Positions 48,971 to 57,396 of a stretch of 64,000 bases of DNA are shown here, piece after piece. The stretch lies in the NCBI GenBank assembly GCA_038230375.1, contig JBBRNJ010000035.1, positions 1-64,000 on the forward strand, read 5' to 3'. The position numbers were made by a program, and so were the translations under genes. Every line of letters begins with the position of its first letter. Positions within the stretch are counted from its first letter, which is position 1. Source of the DNA: Polyangiales bacterium (GTDB lineage: Bacteria; Myxococcota_A; Polyangia; Polyangiales; Polyangiaceae). Below the pieces are notes generated by a model. It was not told the origin of the DNA, did no database searches, and worked only from the letters and a program-made list of their open reading frames with translations.

Positions 48971-49179
48971 AATCGATGATTATCACGAAGATCGATCGAT
49001 CGTTCGTGATAATCGACGAAAAGATCGATACGAAAACGAACGGCAATTGGATGGAATGGAGGCCAAATCGCGCGTTTGACGCCGTTTCGCTCGTTGCTCG
49101 GTAGGCGAGTGATCGTCAGGGACTGCACCGAGGGGGCTTCGAGGGAACTGATCCACTTCATCCGTCGCTTTGCGTCCAT
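48967..49179 (-). CDS. Putative 70-aa leader ORF
   Basis: AGGAGGTGA Shine-Dalgarno at 49192-49184; stop overlaps the XRE-PP2C start (GTGA); no recognisable motif. Confidence 0.4.
   Translation of the reverse strand: MDAKRRMKWISSLEAPSVQSLTITRLPSNERNGVKRAIWPPFHPIAVRFRIDLFVDYHERSIDLRDNHRL
48978..49014. promoter_or_regulatory. 12-bp perfect inverted repeat (probable XRE operator)
   Basis: GATTATCACGAA-(GATC)3G-TTCGTGATAATC immediately upstream of the XRE-PP2C start. Confidence 0.65.
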
Positions 49180-49213
49180 GACATCACCTCCTGAAATCCT
49201 TCAAGACGCACGA

Positions 49214-50239
49214 TCACGGGATGAGCAGGACTTTGCCCTTGGCCTTGCGGTCGTGCAGGTAGTGGTGGGCGAGCGGCGCTTCGTCGAATGAGAACGACTT
49301 GTCCACGTGCGGGCGGATCTTCCCCTCTTCGTAGAGCTTCACGAGATCCGTGAACTCCTCGCCGAGCATGTCGAGCTCGCCGAAGAGGTGGCCCATGTTA
49401 ACGCCCGCGATCGCCTTGTTGTCGTCCATCAGCTTCGTGGGTTTGTAGCTGGCCACCTTCAACAGCTGCAGGCCTGCGTGCAGCAAGCTGCGCGTCTTGC
49501 CGGAGGCCGCCGCGGACAGTCCGAAGGCGACCAGACGCCCTGCAGGCGCGAGCAGCTCGTAGCCTTGCGAGAAGCTCTTACCGCCCACGGGATCGAGCAC
49601 GAGATCCACGCCGCGCCCGCCGGTCTTCTCGCGCACCTCCGTGACGAAGTCCGCGTCGTTGTCCATGCAGTGTGCAACGCCCTGCTCGCGCAGGAACGCA
49701 TGCTTCGATGCGGACGCGATGCCGAAGATCGTACACTCCTGCATCTTCGCGAGCTGGATGGCCGCGAGCCCCACGCCGCCGGCCGCGGAGTGGATGAGCA
49801 CGCTGGACTTCTTTCGCAGCCGGCCGGTGAACATCATCATGTGGTACGCGGTCAGGTAGACCACCGGCAGCGCGGCCGCCTCTTCGAAGGTCATCGCGGG
49901 CGGCATCCTGAAGACCTGCCTTGCGTTGAGCACGAGCGTGTCCGTGTACCCGCCGAAGCGCGGCATGCCGAAGACGCGATCGCCTTCCTTCAGCGTCTGC
50001 GCCTCCCCATCCTTTGCGGCGCCCACCGCATCCACGGTGCCCGACACCTCGTAGCCCACCACGCATGGGATCGGCGGCGCGTCCGGGTAGAGGCCCACGC
50101 GCGCCATGAGGTCCGCGAAGTTGATGCCGGCCGCGCGGACGCGGATGCGCACCTCGCCCGCGCCGGGCTCGGGGTCGGCGGCCTCGCGAACCTTGAGGAC
50201 TTCGGGGGGGCCTGCCTTCGTGATCCAAACCTGTCGCAT
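49214..50239 (-). CDS. MDR-family NAD(P)H oxidoreductase (VAT-1-like)
   Basis: GINFADL, GYEVSG, HSAAGGVG, DPVGG, GKVLL. Confidence 0.9.
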   Translation of the reverse strand: MRQVWITKAGPPEVLKVREAADPEPGAGEVRIRVRAAGINFADLMARVGLYPDAPPIPCVVGYEVSGTVDAVGAAKDGEAQTLKEGDRVFGMPRFGGYTDTLVLNARQVFRMPPAMTFEEAAALPVVYLTAYHMMMFTGRLRKKSSVLIHSAAGGVGLAAIQLAKMQECTIFGIASASKHAFLREQGVAHCMDNDADFVTEVREKTGGRGVDLVLDPVGGKSFSQGYELLAPAGRLVAFGLSAAASGKTRSLLHAGLQLLKVASYKPTKLMDDNKAIAGVNMGHLFGELDMLGEEFTDLVKLYEEGKIRPHVDKSFSFDEAPLAHHYLHDRKAKGKVLLIP

Positions 50240-50285
50240 GGCGGGACTCTACACCAAGCGGGCATCCGCCACCGCGCAGGCGGCG

Positions 50286-51263
50286 TCAGCGCGTGATCAG
50301 CTCGGACAGACCTTCGCTCGTCGCGTCTTCGTTCGTGGCCACCGCGACAATGGTGCCCGCCAGATCGCTCAGGTGATGGTTGCGCGTGGCAACGAATCCG
50401 CGGCCGGCGATTCGCGGCCCCATCGCTGCGAGCCACACGCGCGCGGACTCCGGGTACCTCTCACCGTGTTCGCTCCAGCCCTGCGAGCGTCCGTGGTCCG
50501 TGGTCACGAAGAGGTGTGTCGATGCGCCGCGCTCGCCCATGGTCGCGAGCGTCGCGTTGATGCGACCGATGAACGCGTCCGCACGCGTGCGCGCGTCGGT
50601 GTACCCACGCACGTTGCCCGCGTGCGCGTACTCGTCCGTGTCGCCAAGGCTCACCACCAGCACGTCTGGCTGGCTCTCGCGCAGGTACGCGAGCGACTGC
50701 TCCATGGTGCTCGGGTCGGGCCGATACGCGCCTCCGCCGGGAAAGGGCTTCTGTGTGTCGCCTTCGGGTCGACCAGCAGAGACGAAGAACGCGGGCGTCG
50801 TGTGGGCGACCGCGCTGCCGACCTTCTCCCACGAGGCGAACACGGCGACCTTCGCGCCGCGCGACGCGAGCTCCTCCAGGAACGTCGGCTGCTCGGGGCG
50901 ACCGCAGTCGTTGTCGCGGCACGTTGCGGGTTGCCCGGTGAAGATCTCCGTGTAGCCAGGCATCGACACGAAGTTCGGGCCGCTCGCGTCGATGCGACCG
51001 TACCCTGGCGCGCCGAGCATGGCGCCTTCCCGCGCGATGAGGTCCCGGAGGACCGGCATGGCTCCGGCGCCAGAAGATTCGTCGACCGAGGCGTAGACGT
51101 CCTGCCAGCGCACACCATCGATGGTGACCAGCACGACCGGAGAGGCATGTTCCATGGGCGCCATGATGGCGACCGGCGCGCTCCTCGATGCAACGCGCTG
51201 GGCGTCGTTCGGATCGGAGCATGTCACGAGGCAGAGACCGAACAGAGCGGGTTTTTTCCTCAT
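50286..51263 (-). CDS. Alkaline-phosphatase-superfamily protein
   Basis: VTIDGVRW, SMPGY.EIFTG, DTDEYAH, TTDHGR. Confidence 0.85.
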   Translation of the reverse strand: MRKKPALFGLCLVTCSDPNDAQRVASRSAPVAIMAPMEHASPVVLVTIDGVRWQDVYASVDESSGAGAMPVLRDLIAREGAMLGAPGYGRIDASGPNFVSMPGYTEIFTGQPATCRDNDCGRPEQPTFLEELASRGAKVAVFASWEKVGSAVAHTTPAFFVSAGRPEGDTQKPFPGGGAYRPDPSTMEQSLAYLRESQPDVLVVSLGDTDEYAHAGNVRGYTDARTRADAFIGRINATLATMGERGASTHLFVTTDHGRSQGWSEHGERYPESARVWLAAMGPRIAGRGFVATRNHHLSDLAGTIVAVATNEDATSEGLSELITR

Positions 51264-51400
51264 GAGCACTTCATGTGCATGATGCACGTGACGAAGCCGC
51301 GACCGCGCGGTGCCTTCATCATTGCGGGAGCAAGATGTTGCGCTCGCGAGCGCCGAGCTTCACAGCGTTCACGCGTGTGTCACATGCCGGGGCCGATGCG

Positions 51401-52024
51401 TCAGCGAACGAGCAGCGAGTAGTCGTCCGCAACCGTCGCGCTCACCGTGATCGAGAGGGTGCCGGCCGTGACGGCGCGGACCGGCGAGACGTCGTCACCC
51501 ATGGCGGTGACATTGATTCCCGCGCCCGTGACTGTGACGACCGCGCCCTTCGCGTGGAAAAGGACCTCCAGGCAGTCGCCCTTCTTGACGGTCATGATGA
51601 ACGCGTCCTTCCCGCCCTTCGCGAGGTGCCCGCACACGGCTGCACCGAGAAGGAGCGGCCGCGCGGCGACCATGGGCTCCTGGATCTCCACGCCGACGAC
51701 GGTGCCGGCCGTCCGCGCGGCGCACTGCCCGTACGGCTTGCTCGCGGCCGCGTTCACCGCGCACAGCAGCGCGCTCGCGTCCAGCGGCGGACTGCTCGCA
51801 TCCGTGGATGATGCGGCGGCGTCATCCTTGCCCGGCGAAGGCGTGCTTGCATCGGCCGTGTCCGGGCTGGGGTCGCCGGTCGTGCCGCTGGCGCCCTGCG
51901 TCGGGTCGGTGGCGTTCGATTCCTGCGTCGTCGTGGAGTCCTGGATCGAGCTCACGCCGGCGCCGGAGCACCCGATCAACGTGACACAGGCCGCGAACAT
52001 CAATCCACCACGCATGGAGGGCAT
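51401..52024 (-). CDS. Lipoprotein, hypothetical
   Basis: Lipobox LIGC; S/T/D linker; beta-rich C-domain. Confidence 0.7.
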   Translation of the reverse strand: MPSMRGGLMFAACVTLIGCSGAGVSSIQDSTTTQESNATDPTQGASGTTGDPSPDTADASTPSPGKDDAAASSTDASSPPLDASALLCAVNAAASKPYGQCAARTAGTVVGVEIQEPMVAARPLLLGAAVCGHLAKGGKDAFIMTVKKGDCLEVLFHAKGAVVTVTGAGINVTAMGDDVSPVRAVTAGTLSITVSATVADDYSLLVR

Positions 52025-52156
52025 TTACGCAAGCGGGATGCCATCGCGAGCAACGCGCGCGGTTCACCCTGGCGGCCATTTTCCTGGCTATTCCATCTGG
52101 TGTCGCGTGCGCGTGACATGCAGACGCTGACCATGCATGCACACGCGTCCCACCCG

Positions 52157-53110
52157 TCAGTGCGGAATCGCGCGGCGCGGTCTGGTGGTGACAGTGTGCC
52201 TGAACGCCTCGATGATCCGTGAGACGTCGAAGATCGAGTCCGTCGCGGACAGGAGCGGCAGGTAGAGCGAGCGCCTTGCGACGGCGTCTGCCTCGAACGT
52301 GAAGTAGAGGCTCATCAGCGGATTGACGAAGAGCTCGCCACCGCCGGTGCGCGAGGTGAACTGCACGTCGCCGAAGTCGCCAGAGATCGCGGCCGCGATG
52401 GAGCCATTCACGATGCTCGGGCGTGAAGGCGTGTGGGCCTGCGCATCACGGACTGCGTCCACGTACGCGGCGCCCGATGGCGAGCTGCGCGGCACGGAGA
52501 ACGCGCCGAGGTAGCCGCCGTCGCGATCGAGCGCCGCGACGTTCTCCAGGAAGTGCGCATGACAGACGCCATGGAACGTATCCACGCCGAAGCCGATGCA
52601 AGCGAGCAGCTTCACCGGGAGGTCGAGCGCGGCGGCAGCGGCCAGGCTGACCATGTCCTCTTCCGGAGTGCCTAGCCCTGCCTCGTCTCCACGCATGAGG
52701 ATGTCAGTGCCGCCATCCACGAGCACGAGCGCATCCACGTTCTCGTGACGGACGAGCGCGCGATAGGCGGCCGTGAGCGGACGCACCCCGACCTTCTCGA
52801 ACGCGTAAACGACGTCACGCTCACCACGCGCGCGAAGCCACCGCGCGAGCGTGCGCTCGGGGAAGTAGCGCTCCTCTCCCGTGGCATCCGCCGTCACGCG
52901 CGCGATGTTCGGCGCCGAGTACTCGATATTGGTCCCGCCAAGGTACGAGAACGAGAGGTTCGCGAGCACGACCTCCTTGCCCGCGGCGCGAAGCGCGAAC
53001 GCGAGCGGAAGCCCCGCGTACACGTCGAAGCCACCACCCGCACCAGCGATCAAGATCCGCTGGGAGCGAGAGAGGCGCTGAAAGATCAGCGGATCGAGAT
53101 CGTGCGGCAT
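52157..53110 (-). CDS. DUF1152 family protein
   Basis: GAGGGFDV, YFPE, LVDGGTDILMRGDEAGLGTPEED, FHGVCHAHFLEN. Confidence 0.8.
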   Translation of the reverse strand: MPHDLDPLIFQRLSRSQRILIAGAGGGFDVYAGLPLAFALRAAGKEVVLANLSFSYLGGTNIEYSAPNIARVTADATGEERYFPERTLARWLRARGERDVVYAFEKVGVRPLTAAYRALVRHENVDALVLVDGGTDILMRGDEAGLGTPEEDMVSLAAAAALDLPVKLLACIGFGVDTFHGVCHAHFLENVAALDRDGGYLGAFSVPRSSPSGAAYVDAVRDAQAHTPSRPSIVNGSIAAAISGDFGDVQFTSRTGGGELFVNPLMSLYFTFEADAVARRSLYLPLLSATDSIFDVSRIIEAFRHTVTTRPRRAIPH

Positions 53111-53145
53111 GCATATAAAGTATACATGACTCTTTTAAAGTCAAT
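53111..53145 (-). promoter_or_regulatory. Sigma70-like promoter with overlapping TGACT-N7-AGTCA palindrome
   Basis: TTGACT (53144-53139), 16-nt spacer, TACTTT (53122-53117), 6 nt from the ATG. Confidence 0.6.
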
Positions 53146-53154
53146 ACCCCGCCC

Positions 53155-53208
53155 TCGACTTCGACTTCGACTTCGACCTCGACTTCGACTTCGACCTCGA
53201 CCTCGACC
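53155..53208 (+). repeat. Intergenic (TCGACY)9 microsatellite
   Basis: Nine TCGACT/TCGACC units lying 2 nt beyond the P450 stop. Confidence 0.95.
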
Positions 53209-53210
53209 TT

Positions 53211-54548
53211 CTACCGGGCGCGGTCGAGTCGCTTCACGTGCGCCAGTAGACCGCTCTTCGGCATCGCAAAGAGGCCACCCTTCGTGGGCGCGAAGCTCTG
53301 TTCGGGAAGTGTCCACTCGAGGTCGCGCAGCATGAGCGCCACGAACGCCTTCATCATGATGTCGGCCAGTGCCTCGCCCGCACAGCGGTGCGCGGTCGCG
53401 TGCGCGCCGCCGCCATGCGGAACCCACGCGCTCTCTTGCTTCTCGAGAGCCTTGCCGTCTCGCCAGCGATCGGGGTCGAACGCTGCGGCATCGGGGAACG
53501 TGCGCTCGTCCTGCAACGTCGACGCGATGCAGCCGATCGCCTTGTGACCCTTGGGCACGCGAATGCCCTCGCAGACGAAGTCCCGCTTCACCACGCCGAA
53601 GAACGTGACGGGCACCAGCGGCTGCGCGCGACGCACTTCCTTGCATACGCGCCCGGTGAGCGGCAGCCCGAGGAGCGCGTCGACCGTGAGAGGGCCATCG
53701 AGCGAGCGCACCTCCTTGCGGACTGCTTCCTGAAGGGCACGGTCGCGGCCGAGCTGCATCGCCAGGAAGGCGAGCGCGCCCACCACCGCGGCGTACGCAC
53801 CGAAGAAATGAAAGAGCTCGATGCGGAGCTCCTCATCCGAGAGCTTGTCGCCGTCTTCGGTGCGCGCCGCACGGAGCCGCGCGAGCAGGCTCGTCGTCTG
53901 CCCTTTTCCCCCGGGTGACGGCGCCGTGCTCACCGCGGCCGCCACGCGCGCGCGAACGCGATCGCGGGCCCGCAGCGCACGGCGATAGGTGGTGAATGGG
54001 AGATCGATAGGCACGCTCAGAATGCCCTTCGCCGCCGCATCGAAGAGGGCCTCGAATTCGGGATCGTCGGAGTCGGGGTCAGCCTCGATGAAGAGCGCAC
54101 GCACGATGCTCATGCTCATGGACCCTATGGACGGCGCCCAGGTCATGGGCCCCATGTCGCTCCAGCGCTCGGCGTAGCGAGACATGACGCGCTCGATCAC
54201 TGGCATGTATCCGTTGATGGCCTCCTTGGTGAACGCTTGCATCAACAGCGCCTTGCGCCGCCGGAAGGCGTCGTCGGCAAGAAACGGCACCGCAGAGGGA
54301 TGGAAGATCGCTTGCAGGTGAGGCGGGCTGCCTCCGCTGCGGGTCACGTTGTCGTCGTCGAGGAAGGCCGTGAACGCCTCCGGTCCCACGAAGCATGCGA
54401 CGCGATCGCGAAGGATCCTGCATTCGAACACGTTGCCGTGGGCCTTTGCCGACGAAGCCATGAACGCGGCTGGGTCGTTCAGGAACTGAAGCGTATTGCC
54501 GACGAGAGGAAGCCCAGACGCCCTGGGCATGTCGCGGAGCTCGCTCAT
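53211..54548 (-). CDS. Non-canonical cytochrome P450 with CYP152-like heme loop
   Basis: EVRR, FDPDRW, PHGGG-x5-HRCAGE; I-helix lacks the E/D-T pair. Confidence 0.88.
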   Translation of the reverse strand: MSELRDMPRASGLPLVGNTLQFLNDPAAFMASSAKAHGNVFECRILRDRVACFVGPEAFTAFLDDDNVTRSGGSPPHLQAIFHPSAVPFLADDAFRRRKALLMQAFTKEAINGYMPVIERVMSRYAERWSDMGPMTWAPSIGSMSMSIVRALFIEADPDSDDPEFEALFDAAAKGILSVPIDLPFTTYRRALRARDRVRARVAAAVSTAPSPGGKGQTTSLLARLRAARTEDGDKLSDEELRIELFHFFGAYAAVVGALAFLAMQLGRDRALQEAVRKEVRSLDGPLTVDALLGLPLTGRVCKEVRRAQPLVPVTFFGVVKRDFVCEGIRVPKGHKAIGCIASTLQDERTFPDAAAFDPDRWRDGKALEKQESAWVPHGGGAHATAHRCAGEALADIMMKAFVALMLRDLEWTLPEQSFAPTKGGLFAMPKSGLLAHVKRLDRAR

Positions 54549-54682
54549 GTTGGACAACGTACAGTGCATCGCCGTGCGCCCGTTAGCTTGGTGACGGCTG
54601 GCGCGCGAGGCTCGAAATGTGCTTTGAAACAAGCGCTGTCAGTGCGAACGTGTGTTGGTACGCACGTTGCGTCCGCGCGAGC

Positions 54683-55636
54683 ATGACTTCTTCACGCGTC
54701 CTTTCTTCGAGCCTGTTCGTTCTCTCCGGGATGGTGGCCGCTTGCTCGCAGGCGAGCTCATCACCGGCCACGAATGTCGCCGACAGCGACGCTGGCGTTG
54801 TCGCGGACGCTGGCGATGTAGCCGATCCGATCATCGCCGCGCGCCCGTACAACATCTACGTGCCGCCCAGCTACTCCGCGGACAAGGCAGCGCCGCTGGT
54901 GCTCGCGTTTCACGGCTACGGGTCCGGTGACACCGGCAAGATCCTGGAGACGTACTTCAAGCTGAAGCCGGTCGCAGACAAGGAAGGCTTCCTCTACATC
55001 ACGCCAGACGGCCTGAAGGACAAGGACAAGCAGCAGTTCTGGAACGGCACGGACGCGTGCTGCGATTTCTACAAGAACGGCTCGGACGACGTGGCGTACG
55101 TGCGAGCGATGATCGACGACGTCGCGAAGCACTACAACCTGGACCAGAAGCGCGTGTATGTCACCGGGCTGTCCGCGGGCGGCTTCTTCGCGCACCGCCT
55201 GGCTTGCGATCTGTCGGATCGGATCGCCGCTGTGTTCAGCGTGTCCGGCGCCACGTACGCGGATGCGAGCCGATGCAAGCCGAAGGACGGCGTTGCGATC
55301 GTGGAGATGCACGGCGACATGGATGACACCGTGCTCTTCGACGGCGGCACGATGGACTACGGCAGCGTCAGCAACGTCGCGTACCCATCGGCGAAGGACA
55401 CTGTTGCGCACTGGGCGACGTACAACGGATGCACGGGCATGCTCGCGGACACGGGCACCACCTACGATCTGGAACAGCCTGTCGCCGGCGCGGAGACCCA
55501 TGTGTCCACGTACGCTGGCTGCGCGAAGGGCGCGGTGGAGCTGTGGACCGTACAGGGCGGTCCACACTTCACCTATCTGACGCCAACGTTCGGCCCCACG
55601 GTGTGGAGCTTCTTCGCCGCGCACCCGAAGAAATAG
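54683..55636 (+). CDS. PHB-depolymerase/LpqC-family esterase lipoprotein
   Basis: Lipobox VAAC; FHGYG, WNGTDACC, DDV, GLSAGG, HG..D, GGPH. Confidence 0.88.
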   Translation: MTSSRVLSSSLFVLSGMVAACSQASSSPATNVADSDAGVVADAGDVADPIIAARPYNIYVPPSYSADKAAPLVLAFHGYGSGDTGKILETYFKLKPVADKEGFLYITPDGLKDKDKQQFWNGTDACCDFYKNGSDDVAYVRAMIDDVAKHYNLDQKRVYVTGLSAGGFFAHRLACDLSDRIAAVFSVSGATYADASRCKPKDGVAIVEMHGDMDDTVLFDGGTMDYGSVSNVAYPSAKDTVAHWATYNGCTGMLADTGTTYDLEQPVAGAETHVSTYAGCAKGAVELWTVQGGPHFTYLTPTFGPTVWSFFAAHPKK

Positions 55637-55789
55637 AGCGCTCGAGATCACGAAGAAATGGCCACCCTCGGATCCGCCAGGATCCAGATCGGAGCCATCC
55701 GTGACACGCCGATCCATCCGTTTTGCGCGGAAAAATCCACCGGCTGACGTGTCGTTTGACGTGGCATGAGGTGTGCTCGAAAGGGATGG

Positions 55790-56608
55790 ATGCCTCGCTC
55801 GTTGCTACTTCCCGGTCTGGTCGCGACGGCCCTCTTCGCATCGGTCGCCGCTCTCGGTGGCTGCGCCATGCAGAGCGACGAAACAGCCAGCACCGAAGAG
55901 GACGCGAACACCCGTCCGCAGATGTCGATCTGCTTCAGCGGCCGTTCGCTTGGCGACAACCCGTATGAGTCGGGCGGCAACAGCGAGTTCGGCACGCTGT
56001 GCAAGGCGCTCCCCGGCCTGGTGCACGACGCTGGCGGGCACGACGCTGCCTATCCGTTCTTCCGGTGGAACTCGAACGTGGACCGCGCGCTCGACGTCCT
56101 TGTCTCCGCGCTCGACACCAACCACGACGGCTTCGTGACGAACATGGACACGGCGATCGATCTCAACGTCGTGGGCTACTCGTGGGGCGGCTTCAACGCG
56201 CGGGATCTGATCGCGAAGGTGGCGACGGACCGACGCTTCTCACCTTCACGTCACGGCGTCGCGCGATTCTTCGCGCTCGATCCCTATCGCACCGACGAGC
56301 TGGTCTTCGGCAAGGCCGAGATCGAGATCCCCGCGAACGTGCGCACGCTCCACGAGTTCCGTCACACGGTCGCGCCCACGAATGACTGCTCGCGCATCGC
56401 GTGGGGGCTCCTTGGCCCGTTCACCGGACGTACGCCGGAGTGCACCGGCACCACTGTCTGCCACGACTACGATTACAGCCTGGTGCCCGCCACGGTGAAC
56501 GTGGATCACTGCGGAATCCCCTCGCACGCGACGCGCCCCGTCCTGCAAATCGTCCGCGGACAAGCCCCCACCACCCTTCCGCGCGAGCGCACTGTCGCGC
56601 GCTATTGA
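55790..56608 (+). CDS. Alpha/beta-hydrolase-like lipoprotein
   Basis: Lipobox LGGC; GYSWGG elbow; LDP; VDHC. Confidence 0.65.
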   Translation: MPRSLLLPGLVATALFASVAALGGCAMQSDETASTEEDANTRPQMSICFSGRSLGDNPYESGGNSEFGTLCKALPGLVHDAGGHDAAYPFFRWNSNVDRALDVLVSALDTNHDGFVTNMDTAIDLNVVGYSWGGFNARDLIAKVATDRRFSPSRHGVARFFALDPYRTDELVFGKAEIEIPANVRTLHEFRHTVAPTNDCSRIAWGLLGPFTGRTPECTGTTVCHDYDYSLVPATVNVDHCGIPSHATRPVLQIVRGQAPTTLPRERTVARY

Positions 56609-56674
56609 GCGAGCGGTAGGCGGAGTCTCGGTGTTAGGGTGCCGCCTCGCCCGCGCGGCCAGGAGGCCCACACC

Positions 56675-57394
56675 ATGAAATTTCACGCGCTCGCGTTCAC
56701 TGCCTTGCTCACGTCGACATGGGTCCTTGCATGCGGCGGCGGCAACGCGCCCGCGAAGAGCGGGAGCAGCGGAGGCGGCGATGACGCGAAGAGCCTCGTC
56801 GAGCAGAAGCGCGCGTTCATGTCCGGCTGCACGAAGAAGGTGCCCGACGCGCCCGACTACTGCGAGTGCGCGTGGGAGCTCTTTGCCAAGGACTTCACCA
56901 GGGAAGAGATGAGCCAGCCCGCGGAGGACACGGACGACAAGTACCAGAAGAAGCTCATCAGCTTCAAAGAGGAGGTCAAGGTCTCGTGCGGAAGCAAGAT
57001 GCCCGAGGGCCCCATCAAGACGTCGTTCCTCAAAGGCTGCGCAAATGGCGGCAAGCTGTCGGGCGAGTACTGCGAGTGCAAGTACTCCGAGTTCAGGAAG
57101 AAGCTCGCGGCCTCCGAGCTCACCGACGAAGAGATCGTGAAGACGCCGCGCTTCGTCGACGCGAAGAAGAGCGCGGTGAAGGCGTGCGGCGGGAAGATCG
57201 CCGAAGGCCCTGCCCAGGCGGAGTTCATCACGGGCTGCACCAGCTCCGGCGGCAGCAAGGAATACTGCGAGTGCGGCTGGAAGACGGCGCGCAAGACGTG
57301 GTCCGTTGGCGAGATGATGGAGGGCACGATGGAGAAGAGCGATCTCCTCGACAAGGTCCGCCCCGCCTGCGCGAGCCTCCAGAAGCCCAAATAA
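56675..57394 (+). CDS. Lipoprotein with three Cys-rich helical repeats
   Basis: AGGAGG RBS; VLAC lipobox; FxxGC...YCEC...C three times. Confidence 0.82.
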   Translation: MKFHALAFTALLTSTWVLACGGGNAPAKSGSSGGGDDAKSLVEQKRAFMSGCTKKVPDAPDYCECAWELFAKDFTREEMSQPAEDTDDKYQKKLISFKEEVKVSCGSKMPEGPIKTSFLKGCANGGKLSGEYCECKYSEFRKKLAASELTDEEIVKTPRFVDAKKSAVKACGGKIAEGPAQAEFITGCTSSGGSKEYCECGWKTARKTWSVGEMMEGTMEKSDLLDKVRPACASLQKPK

Positions 57395-57396
57395 CT

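Noticed and set aside
45954..49213. Cassette as a defined mobile element
   Set aside because: I found no integrase, transposase, tRNA target or flanking direct repeats; only composition suggests acquisition.
55660..55725. Clustered GATCC/CATCC motifs as an ECF promoter
   Set aside because: No correctly spaced CGAA element and irregular spacing.
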